Below are positions 39,454-48,192 of a stretch of 64,000 nucleotides of DNA, piece by piece. Source of the stretch: a virus. Below the pieces are notes generated by a model. That model was not told the origin of the DNA. It saw only the letters and a list, made by a program, of their open reading frames with translations, and searched no databases. Location of the stretch: positions 1,778 through 65,777 of IMG/VR virus record IMGVR_UViG_3300048575_000222. One strand, given 5' to 3'. A program made the position numbers and the translations under genes. Positions within the stretch are counted from its first letter, which is position 1, and every line of letters starts with the position of its first letter.

Positions 39454-40038
39454 ATGACCAAGCTTTCCGACACGCAAGCCGTGATCCTCAGCGCCGCCGC
39501 GCAGCGTGAGGACCGCAACGTCCTGCCGCTCCCCGGCTCCCTTCGCGGCGGCGCGGCTGCCAAGGTGGTCGGCGCGCTCCTTACCCGCGGGCTGATCGCC
39601 GAAACCACGACCGACAGCCAGACCAAGGCCGACGCCGCGCTCAACCGCATCTGGCGCAACGACGAGGACGGGCGGGCCATCCTCCTGCACATCACCGACG
39701 CAGGCCTCGCCGCCATCGGCATCGAGCCGGAGGACGGCGACAGCGCGCCCACGGGCGCCGACGCGGCGCCGAGCGCAAAGCCCCCGCAGGACGCTCCCAC
39801 AGAGGCCGTCCCCGCGCCTAAGGCGCACACGCCGCGCACGGGCACGAAGCAGGCCAAGCTGATAGAGATGCTCCGCGCCGAGGGCGGAGCGACCATCAAC
39901 GAGATCGTCGCCGCCACGGGCTGGCAGCCGCACACGGTCCGCGGGGCATTCGCCGGCGCGCTGAAGAAGAAGCTCGGGCTCGAAGTGACCTCCGAAAAGG
40001 TTGAGGGCCGCGGGCGGGTCTACCGCTTGGAGGCCTGA
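39454..40038 (+). CDS. DUF3489-domain protein (winged HTH C-terminus)
   Basis: MTKLSDTQ.VILSAAAQR start and GATINEIVAATGWQPHTVRGA..LKKKLGL. Confidence 0.85.
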   Translation: MTKLSDTQAVILSAAAQREDRNVLPLPGSLRGGAAAKVVGALLTRGLIAETTTDSQTKADAALNRIWRNDEDGRAILLHITDAGLAAIGIEPEDGDSAPTGADAAPSAKPPQDAPTEAVPAPKAHTPRTGTKQAKLIEMLRAEGGATINEIVAATGWQPHTVRGAFAGALKKKLGLEVTSEKVEGRGRVYRLEA

Positions 40039-40340
40039 TCTCGTCTGATCGCAGGACCGAAATCGCGCCGATAAGGCAGTCGACGACGAACATGGCCGCC
40101 GCTCGCATCGAGCGGCGGTCTTGTCGTTCTGACCCGGATCGCCTCAAAGAGCCGCCGCAAGGCGAAGGACCGCGCGATGCTCACCACCGTGAACACCGCC
40201 CCCATCTTGAGGTTCTGCGCCAGCGTCGTGTGCAGCCCGAAGACCGGGAAGAGCAGGATCTGCGTCACGACCGCGACGCCATAGCCCACCGCCACGTTGG
40301 CGACGGCCTCGACCAGCGACATGGCCCGGCTCTGCTTCAT
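40020..40340 (-). CDS. Small membrane protein (MKQSRAMSLVEA type)
   Basis: Two hydrophobic segments. ATGA overlap with the upstream alternative-frame ORF. Confidence 0.7.
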   Translation of the reverse strand: MKQSRAMSLVEAVANVAVGYGVAVVTQILLFPVFGLHTTLAQNLKMGAVFTVVSIARSFALRRLFEAIRVRTTRPPLDASGGHVRRRLPYRRDFGPAIRRDQASKR

Positions 40341-40750
40341 TGCGCCCCCTCATCCATCGGCCAGCAGTTCAGCTGCGAGAGTTCGGAGCGCATGCGCCGC
40401 GACCAGCGGGACCACTCCGTTGCCACAGAGCCGAAGCCGGTCCACCCGGTGGGCCAGCCCATCAGCGCCTCGACGAACAGCGGGTTCAAGGTTCGGCGCG
40501 GATCGGAGGTATCGCTCCCAGCCATCGGCGTCACCAGGACCTGGCGGCCAAGCAGCCCGTTCACCGGCGTGTTCGCGAGGCTCGTCGCCCCGTCCTTGTG
40601 ATCCCGCGCCGTCGGCGTCATCCACATTCGCGTCGCATCGCAGAGCGTCGTCCCGTCGTTGCGCGGGCGCGCCGTCTCGCTGCGATTGCTGGTCCGGTTC
40701 CGCGTCCCCTTGCTGTCGTCGGCCAGCGGCGTCGGCCAGAGGCGCATCAT
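40337..40750 (-). CDS. Overlapping alternative-frame ORF, putative beta subunit (motif IX) of the C5 methyltransferase
   Basis: WPTP/WMTP repeats and RTLNPLFVEALMGWPTGW, a motif IX-like segment. Its stop is ATGA-coupled to the next gene. Start uncertain. Confidence 0.6.
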   Translation of the reverse strand: MMRLWPTPLADDSKGTRNRTSNRSETARPRNDGTTLCDATRMWMTPTARDHKDGATSLANTPVNGLLGRQVLVTPMAGSDTSDPRRTLNPLFVEALMGWPTGWTGFGSVATEWSRWSRRMRSELSQLNCWPMDEGAQ

Positions 40751-41372
40751 CTCCGTCCGGTTGCCTCCGCTCGAGCGCGTCCCCGAGCAGGCGCGCGGGG
40801 TCGGCCAGGTGGTCGCGCTCGCGGTGGGCGAGGATGAAGAGCCGTTCGCGCCGGTGGGGTGCGCCGACTTCCGCCGCCGTGAAGAGGCCCGCCGCAAGGC
40901 GGTAGCCCATGCCGACCAGCCCTCCGGCGACTTCGGGGAAGCCGAGGCGGAGATGATGGGCGACGTTCTCGAGGAAGACGAAGGGCGGCTCGACCTCTCC
41001 AATGATCCGAGCAACATGCGGCCAGAGGTGCCGCGGGTCGTCCGCACCCCGACGCTTTCCCGCGACGGAGAACGGCTGACACGGATAGCCCGCAGTGACG
41101 ATGTCCACCGCGCCGCGCCACGGACGGCCGTCGAAGGTTGCAACGTCGTCCCAGACAGGCGCCCGATCCAGGGCCGTGTCTTCCATCCGCGCCACGAGGA
41201 TGGCCGCGGCGTAGGCGTCCCGCTCGACATGACCCACAGTGCGATATCCGGGGAGTGCGAGGTGCAGCCCGAGGTCGAGCCCGCCGGCGCCGGAGCAGAG
41301 CGAGAGGCCGAACAGGCACACGTCGTCGGCTCCGGCAGGCAGGCCGGAGGAAGCTAGAGCCACGCCATCCAC
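40350..41372 (-). CDS. C5 cytosine DNA methyltransferase (alpha subunit)
   Basis: Motifs I (LCSGAGG), IV (GYPCQPFS), VI (FLENV), VIII (RRERLFI) and X (LCGNGVVP). Confidence 0.92.
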   Translation of the reverse strand: MDGVALASSGLPAGADDVCLFGLSLCSGAGGLDLGLHLALPGYRTVGHVERDAYAAAILVARMEDTALDRAPVWDDVATFDGRPWRGAVDIVTAGYPCQPFSVAGKRRGADDPRHLWPHVARIIGEVEPPFVFLENVAHHLRLGFPEVAGGLVGMGYRLAAGLFTAAEVGAPHRRERLFILAHRERDHLADPARLLGDALERRQPDGDDAPLADAAGRRQQGDAEPDQQSQRDGAPAQRRDDALRCDANVDDADGAGSQGRGDEPREHAGERAAWPPGPGDADGWERYLRSAPNLEPAVRRGADGLAHRVDRLRLCGNGVVPLVAAHALRTLAAELLADG

Positions 41373-41376
41373 GTCG

Positions 41377-42714
41377 TCAGGCCGCGTGGGCCCCCTCGGC
41401 CGCGGCCGGGGTCTCGCCCAGCCGCTTGGCCTTCACCTCGGCGAAGGTCCGGCCGTCGCCATCGAGGATCGCGTCGCGGCCGGTCTCGGCCTGCCAGCGT
41501 TCGACGGCGACATCGATATAGGCGGGGCTGATCTCCATCGCGAAGACGCGGCGGCCGTTTGCCTCGCCCGCCATGATTTGTGAGCCGGAGCCCGAGAACG
41601 GCTCGTAGCAGAGCCCGCCGCGGGCGACGTGCTGGCGCATCGGGATGCCGAAGGCGTCGAGCGGTTTCGGCGTCGGATGGTCCGGGCGCTCGTCCTTCGC
41701 GAAGGACGGCATTTCCCAGGTCGAAGGCAGCGTTTGCTCGGCCACCTTCGGCGGCCGGTTCGGGCGGCGCCAGCCCATGAAACAGGGCTCGTGCTTCCAG
41801 AGGTAATGCGAACGGGTGAGCACCCCGCGGTCCTTCACCCAGATGATCTGCTGGTGAACGAAGGCGCCCGCCTTCTCCCAGCAAGCCTCGAGCATCGCCT
41901 GGCGGCGGGAGGCGTGCCAGCAGTACCAGGCAGCGTCTTCGGCGATGGCCCCGGCGACCGCCGCCGCGATGAAGCCGTCGTAGAGTTCCGCGCCCTGGCT
42001 GCTGTCGTCCCAAGTGACGCCGTAGGACTGCGACCAGTCCTTGATCCGGGTCGGGTGGTTCGAGCCGTCGTAGTCGACGAGATACGGCGGGTCGGTCGCG
42101 AACAGCACGGCGCGCTCGCCGTTCATCAGCCGGCGGACGTCGTCGTGCGAGGTCGAGTCGCCGCAGAGCAGCCGGTGGTCGCCAAGGATCCAAAGATCGC
42201 CGGTGCGCGAGGCCGGGTTACGCGGCGGTTCGGGGATGGTCACCGAAGGCACCGAGCCCCCGGCGCCACCTTCCTCTTCACCGTCGTCTTCCGCGACGTA
42301 GGCCAGCAGCTTGTCCAGCTCGCCCTCCGAGAAGCCGACCAGCGACAGATCGTAGTCGTCCGCCAGCAGGTCCTGCAGCTCGGCCGAGAGAAGCGCCTCG
42401 TCCCAGCTGCCGAGTTCCGTGAGCTTGTTGTCCGCGATGCGATAGGCCCGGCACTGCGCCTCGGTCAGGTGGCCCAGCACGATTACCGGCGCCTCGGTCA
42501 GCCCGAGCTGCGTCGCGGCCAGCACCCGGCCATGGCCCGCGATCAGCTCCCCGTCCTCGGCGACGAGGCAGGGCACGGTCCAGCCGAACTCGGCCATGCT
42601 TGCGGCGATCTTTGCGACCTGGTCGGGCCCGTGCACCTTCGCGTTCTTCGCGTAGGGTTGGAGGCGCGCAAGCGGCCACATCTCGATCCGCTCGGGGGCG
42701 AAGGCGAGGTTCAT
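41377..42714 (-). CDS. ParB-N-terminal N6/N4 DNA methyltransferase
   Basis: PYAKNAK.H..IAGHGR ParB-like region, TDPPY catalytic motif, HPTPKP and EPFSGSGS. Confidence 0.92.
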   Translation of the reverse strand: MNLAFAPERIEMWPLARLQPYAKNAKVHGPDQVAKIAASMAEFGWTVPCLVAEDGELIAGHGRVLAATQLGLTEAPVIVLGHLTEAQCRAYRIADNKLTELGSWDEALLSAELQDLLADDYDLSLVGFSEGELDKLLAYVAEDDGEEEGGAGGSVPSVTIPEPPRNPASRTGDLWILGDHRLLCGDSTSHDDVRRLMNGERAVLFATDPPYLVDYDGSNHPTRIKDWSQSYGVTWDDSSQGAELYDGFIAAAVAGAIAEDAAWYCWHASRRQAMLEACWEKAGAFVHQQIIWVKDRGVLTRSHYLWKHEPCFMGWRRPNRPPKVAEQTLPSTWEMPSFAKDERPDHPTPKPLDAFGIPMRQHVARGGLCYEPFSGSGSQIMAGEANGRRVFAMEISPAYIDVAVERWQAETGRDAILDGDGRTFAEVKAKRLGETPAAAEGAHAA

Positions 42715-42751
42715 GCAGGTTCCTGTCGATGATAGGTCGGCATCCGCCGGA

Positions 42752-43011
42752 CTGGACTCCGGAGCGATGGGGTCCGCCGGCTTTCGGCTGGACTCCGGCA
42801 TCCGCGGGGTGTCCACCCCGCGCGGCCGGTCAGACTTTTGAATTCACGAGGATTTCTTGGCGTTGCAGCTGAACGCTGGACTCCGGTGGCTTCCCAAAAA
42901 TCTGGCCCTGTCGCTGGCGAAATGCCGAGCCAAGCCCGCCAGCATACGTTTCGGCCCGGAAAGGAACCGGAAAACAATGGCTTGGCTGCCTGGACCCCGG
43001 CTGGACCCCGG
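42752..43011. repeat. Five CTGGACYCCGG direct repeats around a lambda cosQ-like sequence; putative packaging (cos) region
   Basis: Copies at 42752, 42788, 42876, 42990 and 43001. The minus strand at 42968-42956 reads GGTTCCTTTCCGG. Confidence 0.55.
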
Positions 43012-43166
43012 AAGCCAGCCCCGGTGTCCACCTCGGGATCAGCGTCGGTTCGCCTGAGCGCACGACCCCGAGTATATCGCCATGGATAGCGTCAGCGGGG
43101 CGATCCGTCTCGCCGTCCGGTGTATCGCCGAAAATTGTCTCACGAGCCCGTCGAGCCTTGACACAC

Positions 43167-43592
43167 TCAGTGCGCCGCCTGCGCCACCACGAACTCCATC
43201 GACCGCTTCCTCGGCACCCGCTTCCCGTTCAGTCGCCAGACGATGACCGCGATCCCGTACTGCCAGCGCCGGTTTGCGGTGGCACGGCTGAAACCCAGCT
43301 CCCAGCAGATCGGCTTCCACGGCTTTCGGTTCGCCCGGCGCCAGAGCAGGCGCGCATCGGCAGGGTCGAGCCAGCGCAGCCAGAGCAGAGCATCCTCGGC
43401 CTGCGTGATGTCACGCGGCCCGGGCTTGGGTCGGCGCATCCGAGGCTCTTGGCCGACCTGGTCGGCGAAGCTGTGGAAGTACTCGGGCCAGGCGTTGAAG
43501 TAGCCTTGCGGCTTCACCTCAGGCAGCGAGCGGAACACGTCGGCCGCGCTCTCGAGCTGGTCCTCGACCATGGTGGGTGTCCAGTCAGCCAT
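43167..43592 (-). CDS. DUF6362-like putative late transcriptional regulator
   Basis: 141 aa with an HTH-like C-terminus (WKPICWELGFSRATANRRW). Sits just upstream of the late operon. Confidence 0.7.
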   Translation of the reverse strand: MADWTPTMVEDQLESAADVFRSLPEVKPQGYFNAWPEYFHSFADQVGQEPRMRRPKPGPRDITQAEDALLWLRWLDPADARLLWRRANRKPWKPICWELGFSRATANRRWQYGIAVIVWRLNGKRVPRKRSMEFVVAQAAH

Positions 43593-43785
43593 TGGCGGCC
43601 TCCGGGTCGTTCGCCCGAGGCCCATACAGCTTCTCCCCGAGCTGACGCACCAGCTCGCGCTCCGGCCAGGTCAGCCGGTCGTCGTCGACGGAGACGGCGA
43701 GTAGACCCTCGTCATGCCAGCCATCGCGCTTCACCTGGTCCGGATCCCGGCGCGTGCCGCCGTAGCCTTTCGGATACCACCTCAT
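43585..43785 (-). CDS. 66-aa hypothetical protein
   Basis: Overlaps both neighbours, including an ATGA overlap with the RuvC-like gene. Confidence 0.7.
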   Translation of the reverse strand: MRWYPKGYGGTRRDPDQVKRDGWHDEGLLAVSVDDDRLTWPERELVRQLGEKLYGPRANDPEAANG

Positions 43786-44303
43786 CCCAGGCCCCCGTTC
43801 GTCTCGATCGCCCAGTGCAGAATGGCGATGGCGTCGGCCTCATTGTCGTCTGCGGGTGAGAACCCTCGTGCTCGCGCCGCGGCGATCATCGCCTCCTTGG
43901 GCGCGTTGCCCTTGCCGGTGGCGTGGCGCTTGATTGTGCCGACCGGAACACCCTCGTACGGAACGCCGCGCAGCTCGGCCCAAGAAGTCAGGGTTGCCAT
44001 CAGCCCGCCGTAGATGTGGGCCGCGTCGGTGCCAGCGTGGCGGCGCACCTCCTCGAACCAGATCGCGGCGATGGGCCCGGACAGACGGTCGAGTTCGGTC
44101 AGCCAGTTGGTGAAACGGAGGTATCGCATGCCGCCGCCGTCGAAGCGTCCGGGACGAAAGCTGACCGTACCGCTGGTGATCAGTCCGTCATGGCTGCGAA
44201 GCGCCCAGCCGGTCGTGGTGCCGAGATCGAGGGCGAGGATACAGGACCGGGAGATCGCGCCCGTTTCGGGGCTCAGGTCCTGCGCGGGGATCGGTGTGTT
44301 CAT
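43782..44303 (-). CDS. RuvC-like Holliday junction resolvase
   Basis: ILALDLGTTTGW, FEEV, ATGKGNAPK and NEADAIA catalytic motifs. Confidence 0.85.
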   Translation of the reverse strand: MNTPIPAQDLSPETGAISRSCILALDLGTTTGWALRSHDGLITSGTVSFRPGRFDGGGMRYLRFTNWLTELDRLSGPIAAIWFEEVRRHAGTDAAHIYGGLMATLTSWAELRGVPYEGVPVGTIKRHATGKGNAPKEAMIAAARARGFSPADDNEADAIAILHWAIETNGGLG

Positions 44304-44431
44304 CGTGAAGGCTCACAAGCTGTGGGCCTTCGGCTTCGGTCACCGCAAGATTTAGCATCCGGCGGGTCGGCGCCAAAGCGAAAACGACCAGGGACGACGC
44401 GGCGGGCTAAGATCGACGCGCTGCCCGTCCC

Positions 44432-44730
44432 GGTCCCAACCTCCGAGCGCGTGGTCCCAACCTTCGAGGGGGTTGGGACAAGCCTTTATTGTTTTACTCC
44501 AATGGCTTGAACGGATGCGGTCCCAACCTCGGTTTCCCCAACGGGGGTCCTTCTCTTTTCGTATAGAAAAACATGTTCCCGACCTTTTCCGTTCTCCCAC
44601 ATGAATGTGTAGCAAAAGGTTGGGACCACAAGGCGAGGTTGGGGACACCGTTGTTTTTGAACGGCTTTTCGTGTCCCCAACCTCCTCGGGAGGTTGGGAC
44701 AGGGTTGGGACTACTGGGGAGGTTGGGACA
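44432..44730. repeat. About ten GGTTGGG(G)AC/GTCCC(C)AACC direct and inverted repeats; putative replication origin iterons
   Basis: Copies near 44432, 44452, 44471, 44520, 44619, 44636, 44675, 44691, 44703 and 44720, with an AT-rich core at about 44555-44575. Confidence 0.65.
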
Positions 44731-45001
44731 GACGATCCGGCAGCCATGTAATCCACGGTGCCTTGAAGCCGGAAGCAAGCCGGTGTTCGACCAAGACGTC
44801 ACTGGACTGAGTGCAGGTGTATCGGCAGCTGCTTGCTGCCGTGTCGACCTCGGCTGTCAGGGAGAAAGCCAAATCCGGTATGCGAACACATCGCCGCTTG
44901 TTACTATATCTGGGAGTGCGAAGAGGGTCTCTCCTCAACGCGTTGTAGCCTTAGGGTTTGGAAATGCGAGTATTGGCGTGCCAATCGAAGAAGTTGCCGT
45001 G

Positions 45002-48000
45002 ATGATCGACGAGGTGCCCTCACCGTCGGAGTTCATGCGAATGCGGCGTCCAGAGCAGTTCTCGGATAGCTCTGAACGGTCGCTTTATCGCTTGTCGCGC
45101 GACGTGCTGGAACAACGACTGGAGACGCTCACAGCACGAAACGACATGCAGGCGTTTGAGCGGTTCGCGAGGGCTCTCTGCGAGCGCTTTGTCTGTCCGT
45201 TCCTGAAGCCGGCAACGGGTCCGGAAGGTGGGGGAGATGGCAAGGTCGATACTGAGAGCATCAGGACCGCCGAGGAGGTCGTCGAGCGCCACTTCGAGGG
45301 CCGCGCTGACCGCGGCAACGAGAGGTGGGGTTTTGCTTTCAGTACCAAGAGGGATTGGAAGGCAAAGGCACGCGCTGATGTGGCTGGGATGGTCGGAACT
45401 CGGCGAGGCTACAAGACGGCATTCTTCGTCACATCTCGTTACGCGCGATCAAAAGATCGCTCTGAGCTGCAAGATGCGCTGGCGGCCGAGCATGGCATCT
45501 TGGTGGAAATTCTCGACCGGAATTGGATTGTAGACAACGTCATTGAAAAGGATGCCCGCGATCTCGCCTATATCCATCTCGGCATTGGCGAAAAGGTCGA
45601 GGAATCGAAGATTGGGCCGCGCGACAGGGAGCGCCGGGAAAGGTTGGCGTCGTTGGATCGTGACCTCGAAGCTCCCGACCGGGCAGCGGAGGCGCCGCTA
45701 GCCGTAGTGAAATGCGCGCTGGACGCCGCAATCCTGTCCCGAGAACTTGAGCGACCACGATATGAGACTGACGGCCGCTTCGAGCGAGCCATACGGCTCG
45801 CCGACCGCCATGGAGCGGACCGACACAGCCTCGCGGCGCGCTACGAGAAGCTTTGGACGGCACTGCACTGGTTCGACGATATTGGGGCCGTCCGCGATGG
45901 CTACCGCGACATCGAGGAGCGCGCCCTCGCTCTCAATCACGCATCCGCAATCGAGAGGGCCACGAACCTGCTTTTCGGGCTGTCAGGACCGTTTGCCCAA
46001 GCCACCTCAGACGGTGTGGATGTCGACGTACAAGCGGCATGGGAACGTCTGGAGGCCAGTCTTGAGTCGATGTGGAATGACGAGACTCTGCCCAACAACA
46101 GGCTGACCGCCCGGACGCTTCTGTTGATGCGTGGCATTATGGTGGACCTGGCAGCCAGCGACCTGAGTTCGATCGAGACACGACTATCGCAGATCATCGA
46201 AATCATCGACGCCGCCCGCGGATTGATGGAGTATGACTTTGATCGCTTGGAGCAGCTCGTGGAAATGCTCGGCGAGACGCTCGGAGGAAACGCAACGTTG
46301 TCCCGCGTCGTCGACCATCTTGGCGACGCGCTTCAACAACGGCGCGGTGAGACGGCACGTGGTATGCTTTTCTTGCGCCGCGCTCGGCAACTTGACATCG
46401 AACGGGATCGGTTCGAGGTTATTCGCCGCCTTGGCACCGTTGTCGAATGCCTGACAAAGGAAGAGCACCTCGATGAGTTGGTGGAAGCGGCATACCTGCT
46501 CGCTGTAGCCTATCGCGGGGCCGGGCTACCATGGGCGGCTAGAGCCACCGCTTTGTTCGGTCTATCAGCAATCGTGATACAAGCCGAAAAGTCGTCGGTG
46601 CCCCCGAGTGAGATACTTCCCACATTCCTCCTGTTGGGATGGATCGATCTGGAACTTGGTCTTGTCGCGGAGTTACTGGACGTCGTCGCAGTCTCACGCG
46701 GCATCCTTGGATCGTTGCCCTTCGACGAAGATTCGAAGAATAGAGCACGCGAAACACTTCAGACTTTCGACTTCTCACTCGGAGGCAAATTCCTGAATGC
46801 GCGGGAGGCGGATCTGTCAGCCTTCCAGAGCTTGCCCGATGTCCTCATGGCAATCGAGTTACCGGCAGCATCCACTTGCCTCTTATATGCTCTTGGCCAC
46901 GAAGACGAAGCTCTCGGCCCGGCGATCGAAGATCGCGCAACAAATCTTGAAATGCTTGCTCAGCTTTCGGCGCAACCCGCTTGCGCCCTGCCTCGCCATG
47001 GCCTGATCGGAGAATTCGACGGTCCATTCGCCTTCACAACGGATGTCCTCGGGCTGCAGCTGACGATCTCCGGCGACAAGGGAGCGAGATGCGCCTTGGT
47101 TGCGCAACTCCTGATCTCAATGGCTGAAACGCTTCTGGCGACCGGTTTCGAAGCCGGCTTCGCCGCACATCGCGAGCGCTACGAGGTGCGTGTAGTGTTG
47201 AGCGATGTGATTGCGGCTCCTTTCCCGAAGTTTGACGAGACCGCGTCGCAGGACCTGCTCGAATGGCCAGCCGATTGGAATCCGGCTGAGCCAAGGACAG
47301 CATCGGATGCGCGAGATGCATTGCTGACGACAGTCGCGTACATCATTGGTCAGACCTGCATCTTGAAGGACGGGACCGAGTCGCTTGAGACGCTCCTCGA
47401 CAGCGATACGGCAATCAGCCGGATCATGACTTCGCTCGGATTGGGTGTCAGCATGAGCCGGGTATTGAAGGAGACGCCGGTCACGCCTGCCAGCATCGCG
47501 GATCATTTTCGTGCTGATCCCCCACGGCCTTTTCCTTTTCGAGCGGTTCTTCCATTGCCCGAAGTTTCCGCGCCAGAAGGACCGACGTCAGGTGACACGA
47601 CGGATCAGCCATTCGGGGCAATACGCAGCCATCGAGAACTGAAGACCCGATCTCTCATTGACGTCCCGCTCTGGAACGCCGCGAAATGGAGGGGTGTCGC
47701 GGTGATGAAGCTGTCACTTGTCGGTCTGCCCATTCTGGCTTTGATGTTCGAGAATTCCGATGCCGGTTATCGCATCTTCGAAGCCTGGCGGGAGAGGCTG
47801 GGGTCGGAAGATGAAGCCGGTGAACTCCTGGTGACTATCGTGACGGACCTGCCGGGTCGTCCGAGATCGCACTACGCCGTCATTCTGACGACCAACTTGG
47901 AAGCGCGGCCGGTGATCGGCGAGATGTTTTTCGTGGTCGCAAGATCACTGATCATGGAACCGAGTTCGGGAGAGAACCTGCAGCTATTCCTCCGTGATTG

Positions 48001-48169
48001 GGGGCGCAACGGAGCTTTCCTTATCGGCGGTGCTTCAATGCCCCAAGATGTCAGGCCACCTGAACTGCGGAAGGAAACCACGATCCTCAAGAGGCACCTG
48101 CGGGTGGCGCGGCACGAGGATCTGGAAGAGTACGAAGTCGGTTTTCTTGGCGGCTCGAAGGGAGTCTAG
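45002..48169 (+). CDS. 1055-aa protein with N-terminal restriction-endonuclease (PD-(D/E)xK)-like domain and long helical region; candidate anti-phage effector
   Basis: FERFARAL..GGGDGKVD..FAFSTK..FFVTS..EILDRNWI motif order. Lower GC than its flanks and on the opposite strand. Start at ATG 45002 inferred; the ORF extends to 44573. Confidence 0.75.
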   Translation: MIDEVPSPSEFMRMRRPEQFSDSSERSLYRLSRDVLEQRLETLTARNDMQAFERFARALCERFVCPFLKPATGPEGGGDGKVDTESIRTAEEVVERHFEGRADRGNERWGFAFSTKRDWKAKARADVAGMVGTRRGYKTAFFVTSRYARSKDRSELQDALAAEHGILVEILDRNWIVDNVIEKDARDLAYIHLGIGEKVEESKIGPRDRERRERLASLDRDLEAPDRAAEAPLAVVKCALDAAILSRELERPRYETDGRFERAIRLADRHGADRHSLAARYEKLWTALHWFDDIGAVRDGYRDIEERALALNHASAIERATNLLFGLSGPFAQATSDGVDVDVQAAWERLEASLESMWNDETLPNNRLTARTLLLMRGIMVDLAASDLSSIETRLSQIIEIIDAARGLMEYDFDRLEQLVEMLGETLGGNATLSRVVDHLGDALQQRRGETARGMLFLRRARQLDIERDRFEVIRRLGTVVECLTKEEHLDELVEAAYLLAVAYRGAGLPWAARATALFGLSAIVIQAEKSSVPPSEILPTFLLLGWIDLELGLVAELLDVVAVSRGILGSLPFDEDSKNRARETLQTFDFSLGGKFLNAREADLSAFQSLPDVLMAIELPAASTCLLYALGHEDEALGPAIEDRATNLEMLAQLSAQPACALPRHGLIGEFDGPFAFTTDVLGLQLTISGDKGARCALVAQLLISMAETLLATGFEAGFAAHRERYEVRVVLSDVIAAPFPKFDETASQDLLEWPADWNPAEPRTASDARDALLTTVAYIIGQTCILKDGTESLETLLDSDTAISRIMTSLGLGVSMSRVLKETPVTPASIADHFRADPPRPFPFRAVLPLPEVSAPEGPTSGDTTDQPFGAIRSHRELKTRSLIDVPLWNAAKWRGVAVMKLSLVGLPILALMFENSDAGYRIFEAWRERLGSEDEAGELLVTIVTDLPGRPRSHYAVILTTNLEARPVIGEMFFVVARSLIMEPSSGENLQLFLRDWGRNGAFLIGGASMPQDVRPPELRKETTILKRHLRVARHEDLEEYEVGFLGGSKGV

Positions 48170-48192
48170 ATCGTCCCATGGTTTAGGGTCAG

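Noticed and set aside
42752-44730. Repeat clusters as a possible CRISPR array, given the Cas4-like gene at 52861-53658
   Set aside because: The repeats are 9-11 bp, irregularly spaced and of mixed orientation, and no cas1/cas2 is present. Cas4-like exonucleases are common in phage replication modules.
44573-45001. N-terminal 143-aa extension of the 1198-aa ORF
   Set aside because: It runs through the iteron repeats and looks non-coding. ATG 45002 is the more plausible start.
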